Shown here: positions 10,505-23,997 of the stretch, piece after piece | Numbering within the stretch: position 1 is the stretch's first letter | How the letters are laid out: every line of letters begins with the position of its first letter | NCBI GenBank assembly: GCA_963696385.1 | Contig: CAVOKF010000001.1 | Location: 288,001-352,000, forward strand | DNA: 64,000 nt | Direction of reading: 5' to 3' | Origin: an uncultured delta proteobacterium | GTDB lineage: Bacteria; Myxococcota_A; Polyangia; Polyangiales; Polyangiaceae | Position numbers and translations under genes: made by a program | The notes under the pieces: model-generated | What the model saw: only the letters and a program-made list of their open reading frames with translations | Databases searched by the model: none | What the model was told of the DNA's origin: nothing

Positions 10505-10532
<28 letters not shown>
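10308..10532 (+). pseudogene. Truncated HicB-type antitoxin
   Basis: YTYGVQGSEQDGEFIGLCAEF-LSWLA resembles the HicB N-terminal domain; the C-terminal DNA-binding domain and the hicA partner are absent. Confidence 0.65.
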
Positions 10533-12550
<2,018 letters not shown>

Positions 12551-12612
12551 CCAGACGGAATGGCCTGATTCTCCCTGCTTGTTCGCAACCCGGATATACT
12601 GGTTCGGGCCCC

Positions 12613-13386
12613 TTGAGCCAGCCGTCCTTGCCCCCGCACCCGGATCCGCCGCGGCCGCTGGTTTCGTCGCAACGGGATCCTGGGCGTCCGCTCCCTGTCC
12701 GATCCACCAGGGCGGCCGACGGCTGGAAACCGTGGGTGACCTACGGTCTCATCGCTGCAAACGTGATGATGTTCGCGCTCGAGGTCGCCCAGACGGAAAG
12801 CCTCGGCGGACCCTCGTCCCAGCAAATGATCGCGCTCGGCGGCAACTTCGGCCCGCTCACCCGCAACGGCGAGGCGTGGCGCCTGGTGACGGCTATGTTC
12901 CTGCACTACGGGGTGATCCACGTCGGGATGAATATGGTGTGCCTGTATCAGATCGGCGTCGTCGAGCGCATGCTGGGTCGCGCGGAGTTTCTCGCCCTCT
13001 ACTTCGCGGCGGGTCTCGTGGGGGGCCTCGCCAGCGTAGCGACGCACCCCCACGCCGTGTCCGCCGGCGCATCGGGCGCGGTCTTCGGGATGTTTGGCGC
13101 CTTCACCGCCGTGATGGTCGTCCGCCGCAGCCAGATCGACCCGGGAGCCTGGCAACGTACGATGCGAAGCTTGGGCGCGTTCTTTGCGCTCAACTTGATG
13201 TTCGGGTTGACCCAGAGAAGCATCGACCTGAGCGCTCACTTCGGCGGGCTCGCGGTTGGATTCGTGGGGGCCTTCGTCCTGGCGAAGACGGCAAGCCCCT
13301 CGGCGAGGCCGATGTGGCGAGCGCTCGCCGTCGCCCTCGCGGGCCTCGGGACCGCGTTCGGAGGCCTGTACGCGTTACCGCGCTGA
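12613..13386 (+). CDS. Rhomboid intramembrane serine protease (start approximate)
   Basis: WRLVTAMFLH, HVGMN, catalytic GASGAVFG and AHFGG. Confidence 0.92.
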   Translation: MSQPSLPPHPDPPRPLVSSQRDPGRPLPVRSTRAADGWKPWVTYGLIAANVMMFALEVAQTESLGGPSSQQMIALGGNFGPLTRNGEAWRLVTAMFLHYGVIHVGMNMVCLYQIGVVERMLGRAEFLALYFAAGLVGGLASVATHPHAVSAGASGAVFGMFGAFTAVMVVRRSQIDPGAWQRTMRSLGAFFALNLMFGLTQRSIDLSAHFGGLAVGFVGAFVLAKTASPSARPMWRALAVALAGLGTAFGGLYALPR

Positions 13387-13887
13387 GTCGGCGGGCGAAT
13401 CGATGCCATGTTGCCCGCTGCGCCGCGAAGAGGGCCGATCGACGAAGAAGCCAGCGAGACGGCGCGCTCGCGTAAAATGCCCTTCGGGCGCTTGGGGCGT
13501 TCGTTGTCACGGCAAGCGAGGTGCCCACTGGCTCCAGGCGCCGTGGATGAGGGTTTCCGTGTGCGAAGGAAGGAAAGAGGGAGTCTCAGGTGCGTCGCGG
13601 CGAACGCGATCCGTCCGATTTCGTGAGCCCCGCTGGCTCATTCGTGGCACGTAATGTCCCTCCGGCTCGGGCGAGGTGCATCGGTGTCGGCCAAAAGCCC
13701 GCGGGATGCTTGAAGCTAGCGTCAGCCCGTCACGGCCATGACGATGATGACGGCGACGGCGCTCACGGGGTAGGACGGTGGCGCCTCGGCTCCTCCGCCG
13801 GACGCGGAGAATGGAAGGAACGACGCTTTGCCCCTGAATTTCTCGAGCCGAACGAGTCCCGTTCGACGATTGCGCTAGGCTAGAGCC

Positions 13888-15880
13888 ATGCGTTCATCGG
13901 TCTCGTTTCTTTTTCTCGGCACGCTTGCGTTTGCTGCGGCTGCAGCACTCGCTCCGGCGTGCGCGCAGAGCGGACGCATGTTCGGCGGAACGTCAAGCTC
14001 CGGAGGGAGCGCTTCCACGACGCCGGGCACCACGTCGATCGACGCGGGGGTCGGCGTGCCGTCGATGGATGCCGGGGCTTGCGCGCCCACGGCTCCGCCC
14101 GTGCTTGGGGTCTCGGCCTTCAACGGCGCGTGCGCATCCGCGGGCCCGACGGTCGACTTTTCGCTGATGCGTCGCATTTCGCGCATCGAGTACGACAACA
14201 TGGTTCGCGACTTGCTGGGCGACACGACCCGTCCGGCCACGACGACCTTCGTGCTGGAGAGCCCGATGGCCACCGGCGTGAACTTGCAGACGAACACGTA
14301 CGCGCCGATCAGCGAACTCATGGCTCAGCAGTACCTTTCGGCCGCCGAAACGCTTGCAGAGACCGCGGTCGCCAGCAGCAGCGGGGGCGACGGCGACGCC
14401 AGCGGCCCGAGCAATCTCACCAATGTCTACAACCTGAATGGCATCGCCGCTTGTCCTGCACAGAACGACGCCTGCGCGCAGCAGTTCATCAGCGCGTTCG
14501 CAAACCGGGCCTTCCGTGGACATCTCGATTCGGACGAATCGACTGCGCTCTTCAACATCTATTCGAACATCGCGGATGCCCCCAACGACCTCGGTTTTGT
14601 GACGGGCATTCAGGCGGTCATCACCGCCGTCCTCTCCTCCCCCTATTTCCTTTACGTGATCGAGCTCGGAGACGGCTCGACGCCGACCGGCAATTCGATG
14701 CCGCTGTCGCAGAACGAGATTGCCGCCCGGCTCTCCTTCTTTCTGTGGCGCACCCTTCCGGACGCGACGCTCATGAGCGCGGCCGCTTCGGGGGCGCTGT
14801 CGACTCCCGCTCGAAATTCAGGCGCAAGCGCAGCGGATGTTGGCCGATCCGAAGGCTCTCGACGCCATCAACGACTTCACGACGCAGTGGCTCGAGATTG
14901 CATCCCCCCCCTCCGGCAAGGACGTGATCTTCACGAACTGGGCCAAGTACCCCACGATCGGTCAGGAGATGCAGGACGAGACGCGCACCAACGTGTCGCA
15001 GCTCATCTTGACGGAGAACGGCGGCCTGACGGAGCTTCTCACGTCGCCCTCCTCGTACGTGAACGCAGACCTCGCCGCGTTCTACGGCCCCGTCAGCCTG
15101 GGGTCGGGACCCGCCGTTACGGTCAACGACTCGGCCCTCACCATGTCGGGGCAGAATCAATATTACGAGACCACGCTCCCCAATCGAGAGGGGATCTTGA
15201 CCAACGGCAGCATTCTCGCCGGCAACTCGCACTCGCTTCTGCCCTCGGTGGTGCTCCGCGGAAAGATGATTCGCGAAGACATCCTTTGCGATCCGGTCGG
15301 GGACCCACCCCCGAATGTTCCAGCGCTCCCGGCCGCCGTCCCCGATGGGGGCACCACCCGGCAACTCTTCCAGGCGCACACGGACATCGGGGGAGCGAAT
15401 GGCAGTTGCTATGCATGCCACCATTACATGGATTTCATCGGTTTCGGTTTAGGCAATTACGACGCGACGGGTGCCTATCAAGCCTTGGATGAGAACGGGG
15501 CGACTTCGGGCCCGGCCCTCGACGTGACGGGGCAGATTTTCCCTTGCAGTACGCCCGGCACAGGATGCCCCCCCGCGCAGCCGAACGAACTCAATGCCAC
15601 CTTCAACGGCGCGACCGGTTCGGGGGGCTTGATCGAGACGCTGGCCGGCTCTACGCAGGTGAACGAGTGCTTCGCCCTTCAGGCGTTCCGGTACTCGCTG
15701 GGTCGGCTCGAGACGGCGGACGACGCCTGCTCCATGCAGCAGTTTTACAGCGCCTTCACAGGGAGCAGTTTGAACATCCAAAAGCTTCTCTTGGCGATCG
15801 TGGGTAGCGACGCCTTCAGTCACCGTTCGGTCATCGGCGCGGCCTGCGAAGCAGCGGATGCTGGGAGTTCATGTCCATGA
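13888..15880 (+). pseudogene. DUF1592/1588/1595/1587/1585-type cytochrome-like lipoprotein, split by a +1 frameshift near 14812 (pseudogene or sequencing error)
   Basis: RRISRIEYDNMVRDLLG, SPYFLY and RLSFFLWRTLPD in frame 1 continue as EIQAQAQRMLADPKA, SVVLRGK and CYACH in frame 2. Confidence 0.85.
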
Positions 15881-17502
15881 GTCGGCACCTTGCAGAGCGT
15901 CGGCGCTTTCTCAAGCTCGTTGGCGCGAGCGCACTGACGTATCCGTTTTTGCGCGGCGTTCCGAGTTATGCGGCAGGGGACGCCTCCAGCGACCCCATGT
16001 ACCTTGTCCTTCTTTACACGTCCTGCGGGTGCGTTCGGCCGCTGTGGGGGGCCTATGGCCCGCCGGCGACCGGGACGTCGGCGGCTGTGACCCCGCTAAG
16101 CTCGACGGCGACTGCGGGATCGCCGGGCACATTCCGACCTACCTTGTCTGCCTTCACGCAGGCCGGCGTGAATAAAGTCGATCTGACGAGTCAGGTGATC
16201 GTCCTGGACGGTCTCGACAACGCAGCGGCCAATGGCGGAACCCACGAAGCGGGCATGGCGTCTCTTTGGACCGGCGCGACCTGCCCGGATGGCCAGCACG
16301 CGAGCAACTGGAGCATCGACCAAGCGATTTCTCAAGCGCTAATCGCGAGCGGCGTGAACACCGCCCATCCGACCATTCCCCTCTACGCGGTGAGCGCATG
16401 CGACGAGCAATCGCGTGACGTCCACACCCGTATGCTCTATGGCCCACCCGCCGGCGGCATTTCCAACTATATCGATCCGATCACGACGCCTTCCGCCGCG
16501 ATGAACGCGTACTTCCCTACCTCCGTTAAGACGATGGGGACCGACCCCAAACCCCTCATTCGTGCGCAGGTACAGGCTCAGGTCAATTCGGAGTTGAGGT
16601 CGTTGGCGACGCGAGTGTGCACCGAGGATCGCAACCAGCTTATGTCCCTGCAGAGCATGTGGAACGAAGCCGTAACCCAGGTTTCCAATTCCGCGGCGGC
16701 CGCAGCGGCGTGCCAACAACCGACGATCGGCCCACAACCGGCCGGGGATCCTTTCGGCGGGACGAACACCTGCGGGACGAACGATCCCTTCCTCAACAAC
16801 ATCAGCGCGATGTCGAACATCCTCGCCATGTCGCTCGCGTGCGACCTCACGCGGGTGGCGAGTCTTCAGCTTTCGCAAGCGCTGAGCCCTACCATCCATA
16901 GTTGGCTCAGCACCACGCAGAACCCCCAGACTCAGACTCACCACTCGTATTCCCATCAGGGGCCGACGTCCTACTACGGGCTCATCCCCGGCGGGGATTA
17001 CGACGTCGCGGATCCGCTTTACGCGGCGGCGCCATCCACGGCAAACAACCTTTATACCCCCCAGCTTTGTGCGATTGACGCCTTTTATGCGCAGCAAGTC
17101 GCTGCGTTCGCCTACTCGCTCAGTCAGCTCCAGACCAAGACCGGAAAGAACCTGCTGGATCAGACCGTGATTTGCTGGGGGAGCGAGCTCGATATGGGCG
17201 CGTACCACAACCACGATGATACGCCGTTCGTGCTGATCGGAGGCAAGAACAGCGGCGTGCTCAAGACGGGTCAGCTCGTGCGCTTTCCGCTCAACCTGCA
17301 GGGGCAGTATTCGACTCCGGGCAATCGCCCTCCGCTGAACAATCGCTTCCACAACGACCTGCTCGTCACGCTCGCTCAGATCATGGGCGTCGGCGACACG
17401 ATATCGACGTTTGGAGCGACGAGCGTACCGGGGACGAACTTTTCGTCGTCCACGCCGCTTACGCTGAACCAGGGCGTGATCGCGGAGATTTTGGCTACCT
17501 GA
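15877..17502 (+). CDS. DUF1552-family Tat-exported protein
   Basis: RRRFLK twin-arginine signal, SIDQAI, ACDLTRVASLQ, HHSYSH, NLLDQT; ATGA coupling to the DUF1592 gene. Confidence 0.88.
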   Translation: MSRHLAERRRFLKLVGASALTYPFLRGVPSYAAGDASSDPMYLVLLYTSCGCVRPLWGAYGPPATGTSAAVTPLSSTATAGSPGTFRPTLSAFTQAGVNKVDLTSQVIVLDGLDNAAANGGTHEAGMASLWTGATCPDGQHASNWSIDQAISQALIASGVNTAHPTIPLYAVSACDEQSRDVHTRMLYGPPAGGISNYIDPITTPSAAMNAYFPTSVKTMGTDPKPLIRAQVQAQVNSELRSLATRVCTEDRNQLMSLQSMWNEAVTQVSNSAAAAAACQQPTIGPQPAGDPFGGTNTCGTNDPFLNNISAMSNILAMSLACDLTRVASLQLSQALSPTIHSWLSTTQNPQTQTHHSYSHQGPTSYYGLIPGGDYDVADPLYAAAPSTANNLYTPQLCAIDAFYAQQVAAFAYSLSQLQTKTGKNLLDQTVICWGSELDMGAYHNHDDTPFVLIGGKNSGVLKTGQLVRFPLNLQGQYSTPGNRPPLNNRFHNDLLVTLAQIMGVGDTISTFGATSVPGTNFSSSTPLTLNQGVIAEILAT

Positions 17503-17505
17503 GCG

Positions 17506-18297
17506 TCAGGCAGAAGGCCGCAGGCGGTCCTTCAAGAAGGCGAGCACACGGTCGAGCGCCTCGCGGGTCGGGTGCCCGGGCCGATCGACGAGGTGCATCG
17601 TCAGGACCGAGTGCGACTTCGGGTCGATGCCGGCGGCGTTGCCCGGCGCCGAATCGATCTCGATCCCGATGAACGCGTCGCCCAGCTCGCGTCGCAGCGT
17701 CGCGAAGCGTTCCGCCGGGACGCCGCTGTCGTTCGTGAAACGGAGCCCCATCACGCAAAGCCCCTCGCGTGTGCGCTGCTGGATGCGCGCGAGGTCCGTG
17801 GCGTCGACGCCGACTGCGGCGCGCTTGCGCGCCGAGATGGGCGCAGGCAGGCCCGGCTGGCTCATCACGGACGCGAGGACGGACGGGTCGACCGCCATCG
17901 CAAGCGCGTAGCTGCCCGTGAAGCACATGCCTACCGCCCCCACGCCCGGGCCACCGCACTCGGCGTGCGCTCGTGTGGCGAGCGCGCGCAGCCACGAAGT
18001 GACGCGCGGCGCGCGATCGGCCAACAGCGTGAACTCGCGCGCCACGCAGACCTCGGCTATCGCGCGCATCACGGCGCCCGTCGTGAACGGCCGACCGGGT
18101 CGGCCGAAGAGGGAGGGCATGTAAACCGTGAATCCGGCGTCGACGAGCCGCTGGCCGAACTGCGTGACGAGCGGATGCAGCCCGGGCATCTCGTGAATGA
18201 CAATGACGGCGGGGCCCGAGCCGGCGCGATAGACGTCACGCGTCGTGCCGTCGTGCTGGAGGTTCAGGACCTCGAATCCGGGGACCTGGTCGGTCAT
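17506..18297 (-). CDS. Dienelactone hydrolase family protein
   Basis: VIHEMPG, nucleophile GMCFTG and HSVLT motifs. Confidence 0.9.
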   Translation of the reverse strand: MTDQVPGFEVLNLQHDGTTRDVYRAGSGPAVIVIHEMPGLHPLVTQFGQRLVDAGFTVYMPSLFGRPGRPFTTGAVMRAIAEVCVAREFTLLADRAPRVTSWLRALATRAHAECGGPGVGAVGMCFTGSYALAMAVDPSVLASVMSQPGLPAPISARKRAAVGVDATDLARIQQRTREGLCVMGLRFTNDSGVPAERFATLRRELGDAFIGIEIDSAPGNAAGIDPKSHSVLTMHLVDRPGHPTREALDRVLAFLKDRLRPSA

Positions 18298-18684
18298 GCG
18301 GCGCCCAGCCTACTGCTCGAGACGCCGCAGTTCGAGAGCCCCCTGGCTTCCGAGCCGACACGAGGCTCGGAGTGGCCCGGTGGCGCACCCGGATTCCGAC
18401 TCGTAGACCGTTGGCCGAATCGGTGGAAGACGGCGAAGGGCTCGGAGCGCTTGATCGGCGATGCTTCTCTCCCGACGTAGCAGCTGCGACCCCCTGCCTC
18501 GTCGTACGCTCGTCATTGGTCAGCCAAGAGACGGCCTTCGCTGTCTTGGGTACAGGGCAGGCCTGACGTGGTGGCACATGGCGACACACCTACTTGGACG
18601 AGACTCGTCAGCAGAGCGGGCGTAGGATGCGTGCCGACGGTGTTCCGGTGGCCGCAAACCCGTTCAACCGATTGCGCCGTCGTT

Positions 18685-18698
18685 GGCGTATTTTTTGC
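18685..18698 (+). promoter_or_regulatory. sigma54 -24/-12 promoter
   Basis: TT-GG-CGTATTTTTT-GC-G, close to the consensus TGGCAC-N5-TTGC; ATG 18712 follows. Confidence 0.65.
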
Positions 18699-18711
18699 GT
18701 CAACACAGCCT

Positions 18712-19200
18712 ATGATTTACCGAAAGGCGCCGGTTGTCCCGCCCAAGCTTCTTCTTCGAATCGCAGCGGGGCTGGGATCGGGTGCTCTTCTCGGGTTCGG
18801 CGCCTGCAGTTCGTCGAACGCGGGCAACGACGAGCTTAGGGGAAGCGTTGCCAATATGGCCGACGATGCGTCGGTCGTCGACGGTGGCTGCTGCGGCAGC
18901 TCGAGTTCTACCCCCGCGGCACCCCCCCCGCCGGGCGTGCGGGACTACGATGCCGAATCCGAGGGGGAAGAGACAGGCGCGGACGCCACTTCGATGGTCA
19001 TGGTGACCGGCATCGCCGCTCTACCGGAAGACTCTGGCGCAAGCACCACGCAGGACGCGGACAACGACGGCGCCCTCAAAGAACCCGACGAAGACGCCTC
19101 AGCCGACTCGGGCAGGGACGGTACGGCGAGAGACGCCGCCCAAGACGGGTTTACCGGCTGTCCGGGCCTTTGCGGCATCGTAGTGAACCCCGAGGACTGA
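18712..19200 (+). CDS. Low-complexity acidic lipoprotein with repeated G-I-x-x-x-P-E-D motifs
   Basis: Signal peptide ending LLGFGA-C; Asp/Ala/Ser-rich body; stop codon 2 nt before the next gene's GTG. Confidence 0.7.
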   Translation: MIYRKAPVVPPKLLLRIAAGLGSGALLGFGACSSSNAGNDELRGSVANMADDASVVDGGCCGSSSSTPAAPPPPGVRDYDAESEGEETGADATSMVMVTGIAALPEDSGASTTQDADNDGALKEPDEDASADSGRDGTARDAAQDGFTGCPGLCGIVVNPED

Positions 19201-19202
19201 CG

Positions 19203-20033
19203 GTGAAGGTTCCGTTCGAGCTCGAGTGGTTGGGCGGGACGGCGGAGCACCGCTTTCGCAAGGCTCGCCCCGGCGTCGAGGACTTGCCCTGGGGCTCGGT
19301 CAATCGTTCGAAGTATGCGCCCGAAGCGGTGAACCGAGCCCGCGCGTCGTGGACCGAAGTCGCAATCAACGAGTACCGAGCGGTCGCCTCGTTCGCGGAA
19401 GTGCTGCGGGCCCTCGTCGGTGTGAAGGCCCCGCTCAATCTCCTCGGCATGACCAGTGACTTTCTCGCCGACGAGTGCTCTCACGTGGAGCTCGCCAGCC
19501 GCATGGCGATGGAGCTCGGGGGCGCTGCGCCTCGCCTCGTGGACTTCGACCGTTTCACGGCCCAAGCACGCAACCAAACCGCCTTTCAGCACGCAAACGA
19601 ACTGGTTCTGCGCGTGGGCTGCATCGCCGAGGCGTTCAGTGGCGGAACGGCAAGCGTGAGCTACGAGGCGACGTCTCACGCGCTGCCGCGTGCGGTCTAC
19701 GAGACGATCTTGCGCGACGAGGCGCATCACAGGCGCCTCGGTGGGCTCTACTTCGAATGGGCATTGTCGCACATCGACGAGAGCGAATTGCGGCGCCTCG
19801 GGCAGGTGCTGCTTGTGTCGCTTCGCGCGCTCGCGCCGTTTTGGAAGTCGGGAGCGGCGCGCGGCGCCGCTCCGATGCCGTGGCCCGAAGAGGACCTTCA
19901 GGCCTTGGGCTGGCTGGGTGCGGGGCGGTTCGCGTCGGTGGCTCGGAACGTGGTCGTGCGCGACATCCTCGATCCGCTCGCGACGATCGGGATCGCCATT
20001 GCCGACGAAGATCGCGCCGAACTGCTGGCGTAG
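19203..20033 (+). CDS. Ferritin-like diiron-carboxylate protein
   Basis: E...DECSH...E...DEAHH pattern (two ExxH motifs) in a helical protein. Confidence 0.85.
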   Translation: MKVPFELEWLGGTAEHRFRKARPGVEDLPWGSVNRSKYAPEAVNRARASWTEVAINEYRAVASFAEVLRALVGVKAPLNLLGMTSDFLADECSHVELASRMAMELGGAAPRLVDFDRFTAQARNQTAFQHANELVLRVGCIAEAFSGGTASVSYEATSHALPRAVYETILRDEAHHRRLGGLYFEWALSHIDESELRRLGQVLLVSLRALAPFWKSGAARGAAPMPWPEEDLQALGWLGAGRFASVARNVVVRDILDPLATIGIAIADEDRAELLA

Positions 20034-20441
20034 TCGATTCTCGCCGCCAAAAGGGCCGAACCGCGGCGCGGCGGCGCGATCGACGCGCTGCCACGAGTCG
20101 GCGGGTTGCACCCCAGACGTGCACGGGCCGCGTGATGGCCCAATGAGAGTTTCGTCCTCACGGCTCTCTCGGCGGAGGAGGGCAGGCGTAGGGCCGCCCA
20201 CTTCCGCACGAGTCGATCACTTGCCTTGTGATCCCTCCGTCACCCGTTTCGCGAAACTTGATCGGAGCGTGACGGTTATGCCGGCCCGATTCGCTTTCGG
20301 CCGGCACGGTTCGATTCCATTGTCATCGCCATCGCAGGCCGTTTTCTTCTCGGCCCGCGCCGTGCTCGCCGGTTCGTTGAGCCGTTTGACGACTGGCGCG
20401 CGTCCGCTCGATGTCGTTCGCTCCATCGTCGCGGTGAAAAA

Positions 20442-21584
20442 ATGGCCACGGCTCCGAACATCGTGAACAGGGTCTTGCGCGTCGTGCTCTGCGGCGTGGT
20501 TCCTGCGGCTTGGTTCGCTGCATGTTCGTCGAGCGCCGGCACCCCTGATCCGGCCAACGGTTCCGGAGGGTCGTCTGGCGGTCGCTCGGCAAGCTCGGCC
20601 GCAGCGTCGATCGTCGCGTCCGATACGAGCTCGAGCAGCTCGTCGGACAGCAGCTCGTCGGGCGGCAGCCCGTCGGGCGGCAGCCCGGACAGCGCGTCCT
20701 CCGCCGGCGGATCGGTCGGTTCGTCGAGCGGCCGCTCGGACAGTTCGGCGTCGGGATCCAGTAGCTCGTCGGGCGACGCCGCCGAAGCTTCGACGGACCT
20801 CGATGACTCGGGGGTGGACGCTTCTGCCGATTCGCCGGCCCGATCCGAAGCCGGGACTTCGGCAGACGGCGGCGGCGATTCTCCCGAGAGCGGCGGCGAG
20901 GCCGGGCACGCCCATACGGGCGTCTGGCGGATCACGCCGATCGGCGATTCGATCACCGAGGACACGTGCGGTCCGCAGTTCGTTTCTCAGGACCTGATCC
21001 AGGACGGTCACACGAACTTCATTTTTGTCGGCACCGAAACGAACAACCAAAATTGCTCGGGGGCGCCCAACGTCGAGAGCGAAGGACACGCCGGTTACTT
21101 GGTCACCGATCTTCTTCCACCACCTCACCAGCCAATACTGGCCGACCACTCCGCGGAGCTGCCCATGTGGGCGGCGAACGATAAGTCGGATGTCCTCTTG
21201 ATGCAGTTTGGAACGAACGACGTTTGGAACGGTGTCGCGACCCAAACCATTCTACAAGCGTACACCCTCGTCTTGACCGACTACCGCGCCGTCCATCCGA
21301 ACGTCATCCTCTTCATCGCCCAGATCACCCCCTTGCACCCCACCGGCTGCGGGACCTGCGAGACCGGCGCCGAGGCGCTGAACGCGGCCATTCCGGGCTG
21401 GGCGACGAGCCAGAGCACCCCAGCCTCACCGATTTACGTGGTCGACGTGTGGTCCGCGTTCACGGCTTCGACGTATCTTCCGGATTCCATGTATACCGCC
21501 GACGGCGTGCACCCGAATCCGGCCGGAGCGGCGCTCGTTGCCCACGAGTGGTACAACGCCTTAATCGCACAGGGCATTCCCTGA
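20442..21584 (+). CDS. SGNH/GDSL hydrolase lipoprotein (carbohydrate esterase-like)
   Basis: FAAC lipobox, Ser-rich linker, GDSIT, EGHAG, GTND and DGVHPN motifs. Confidence 0.9.
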   Translation: MATAPNIVNRVLRVVLCGVVPAAWFAACSSSAGTPDPANGSGGSSGGRSASSAAASIVASDTSSSSSSDSSSSGGSPSGGSPDSASSAGGSVGSSSGRSDSSASGSSSSSGDAAEASTDLDDSGVDASADSPARSEAGTSADGGGDSPESGGEAGHAHTGVWRITPIGDSITEDTCGPQFVSQDLIQDGHTNFIFVGTETNNQNCSGAPNVESEGHAGYLVTDLLPPPHQPILADHSAELPMWAANDKSDVLLMQFGTNDVWNGVATQTILQAYTLVLTDYRAVHPNVILFIAQITPLHPTGCGTCETGAEALNAAIPGWATSQSTPASPIYVVDVWSAFTASTYLPDSMYTADGVHPNPAGAALVAHEWYNALIAQGIP

Positions 21585-22025
21585 TTCCCTTAGGAGCGAG
21601 GGCGACCTCGACGAGTCGGGCAATCTGTCGCCGCGACGGAGGCCTCGACGAACGAGCTTCACGGAGCGTCTCGGTCTGCCCGTAGAAAGTCGCCGCGGTC
21701 GGTCGCAGGGCGAGGCGACGCTCGTTGAAGCTCGCGCACCAGGGCGATCCCGTCTAGGAGGCTTTCTCGGGCGCCGGCGTCAGAACTCGCGGCAAGACCG
21801 ACCGGAACCGAGGACGGCGACGCCCATGTCGCACTACGGTCCCGTCCGCTGGCAGAGGGGAACACGGGCAGGCTTCGACGGACCTGGGCGTGTGATGCGG
21901 CTCGTGTTACGAGCGTTCGAGCGCTCACTGCGCTGCGGAAAGGGGGCGGGCCATGGCAGGTCGCATCAACGACGAGTTTCCACGCGCCGTCGGGGCGGGC
22001 GCGACGTGCCCAACTGGACACGGTC

Positions 22026-23981
22026 ATGTCGCATGAGCCTGGGCTCGCTGCCGATGGGGCCATCGCCTTCGCGGAGACTCTTGTCGAGGAGTCTCCGGAC
22101 GCGCTCATCGCCCTTGCGCTGGATGGCAAGGTCCTCTTCTGGAGCCGGGGCGCCGAAACGATTTTCGGCTACTCGGCGGACGACGCCATCGGACACTGCA
22201 TCGAGGATCTCATCGTCCCCGGCGACCTGCGCGAAGAGGCTCGCTGCAAGTTGGCCGAGGTGCGGGCGCAGGGGTCGCTCGTCTTCGAGACGACGCGCCG
22301 ACGGAAGGACGGTGCCTTCATCGTCGTGGACGTATCGAAGCGTCTGGTGACGGACGCCGCCGGGCGGCCTTCGTTCATCGCCGTCAACAAAAAGGACGTG
22401 ACGCGCTTGCGCCGGGACGGGGCTGTCGAAAGTAAATTCCGAGGTTTGCTCGAAGCGGCCCCCGACGCGATGGTGATCGTCGGAAAAGATGGCCGAATCG
22501 CGCTCGTGAACGGCCAGACGGAGAAGCTCTTCGGCTACGGACGCGAGGAGCTGCTTGGGCAACCCATCGAGAGACTCGTTCCCGAACGCTACCGGGGCAA
22601 GCATCCCGGCTATCGCGCGGGCTACTTCGCGGCGCCCACGGTTCGAGCGATGGCCGGCAGTGCCGTGTCCCTTTTCGGCCTACGCAAGGACGGCACGGAG
22701 TTCGCCGCCGAGATCAGCCTGAGCCCGATCGAGACGCCGGAGGGGACGCTGGCGACGGCAGCCATTCGCGACATCACCGAACGCAAACGGCTCGAAGAGC
22801 TCGAGGTCCGCCGAAAGAGTCACGACCTCGAAGAGGAAAATCGCCGGATGCAGGAGGCGAACCGACTCAAGAGCGAGTTTCTCGCAAACATGAGCCACGA
22901 GCTTCGCACGCCGCTCAACGCGATCATCGGCTTTGCGGAGTTGATGTTCAGGGGCAAAGTCGGTCCCGTTTCGGCCAATCACCAGGAATACCTAGGCGAC
23001 ATCCTCGACAGTTCGCGGCACCTCCTTCAGCTCATCAACGACGTACTCGACCTCGCGAAGGTCGAGTCGGGAAAAATGGATTTCCGGCCCGAGCACTTGG
23101 ATCTGGGCAAGGTCGTCGGGGAAGTGCGTGACATCTTGCGCGGGCTCGCATCCACCAAGCGCATCCGCATGGACGCACGGGTCAATCCGACGCTCGGTGC
23201 GGCGAGGCTCGATCCCGCCCGACTCAAGCAGGTGCTCTACAACTATCTTTCCAATGCGCTGAAGTTCACACCCGAAGAGGGGCGAGTGAGCGTCCGCCTG
23301 GTGCCCGAGGCTCCCGATCGGTTTTGCATCGAGGTGGAGGACAGCGGCATCGGGATCCGCCCCGAGGATCTGCCCCGACTGTTCGTGGAGTTCCAACAGC
23401 TCGACGCGGGGACCGCGAAGAAGTACGGCGGCACGGGGCTCGGTCTCGCGCTCACCAGGCGCATCGTCGAAGCGCAGGGAGGCCATGTCGCGGTCCGGAG
23501 CGAGCTCGGAAAAGGAAGCGTGTTCTCGGCCGTCCTTCCAATGAGCACGCCGGGTTTCTCGGCGCTTCCCGTGGCCAGTGCACCGTTGCCCGCTCCAAGT
23601 TCGGAGCGCCCAACCTCGGTGCTCGTGGTCGACGACGACTCCGCCGCGCTCCGCCTCATGGAGGCCACGCTGAAGCTGCTCGGCCATGGGGTCACGTGCG
23701 TCGCGCGGCCCTCGGATGCGCTGCTCGCCGTCGTACAAAAGGTCCCGTCGGCCGTGGTGCTCGATCTGCTCATGCCCGACATGGATGGGTTCGAGCTCCT
23801 CGAGCGCCTGCGAGCTCTCCCGGGGATGCGTGACGTGCCCGTTCTTGTCTGGACCGTACACGATCTCACCCAGGCCGAGCGCAAGCGCCTGCTCGAAGCT
23901 GCGCAAGGCATCGTGTCCAAGAGAGAGGGCGGAACCGAGGCCATCCTGGCCGCTCTCGAGCCTTACCTCTCGGCGGTCTGA
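22026..23981 (+). CDS. PAS-PAS hybrid histidine kinase
   Basis: Two PAS domains, [27 protein letters not shown] and a C-terminal receiver. Confidence 0.95.
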   Translation: MSHEPGLAADGAIAFAETLVEESPDALIALALDGKVLFWSRGAETIFGYSADDAIGHCIEDLIVPGDLREEARCKLAEVRAQGSLVFETTRRRKDGAFIVVDVSKRLVTDAAGRPSFIAVNKKDVTRLRRDGAVESKFRGLLEAAPDAMVIVGKDGRIALVNGQTEKLFGYGREELLGQPIERLVPERYRGKHPGYRAGYFAAPTVRAMAGSAVSLFGLRKDGTEFAAEISLSPIETPEGTLATAAIRDITERKRLEELEVRRKSHDLEEENRRMQEANRLKSEFLANMSHELRTPLNAIIGFAELMFRGKVGPVSANHQEYLGDILDSSRHLLQLINDVLDLAKVESGKMDFRPEHLDLGKVVGEVRDILRGLASTKRIRMDARVNPTLGAARLDPARLKQVLYNYLSNALKFTPEEGRVSVRLVPEAPDRFCIEVEDSGIGIRPEDLPRLFVEFQQLDAGTAKKYGGTGLGLALTRRIVEAQGGHVAVRSELGKGSVFSAVLPMSTPGFSALPVASAPLPAPSSERPTSVLVVDDDSAALRLMEATLKLLGHGVTCVARPSDALLAVVQKVPSAVVLDLLMPDMDGFELLERLRALPGMRDVPVLVWTVHDLTQAERKRLLEAAQGIVSKREGGTEAILAALEPYLSAV

Positions 23982-23997
23982 TCGGAAGGGGGTAAGC

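Noticed and set aside
14800..14820. Programmed ribosomal frameshift
   Set aside because: No slippery heptamer or evident stimulatory structure; a simple indel is more parsimonious.
21690..21790. Possible receiver-domain remnant ([13 protein letters not shown]) on the minus strand
   Set aside because: Too short to support.
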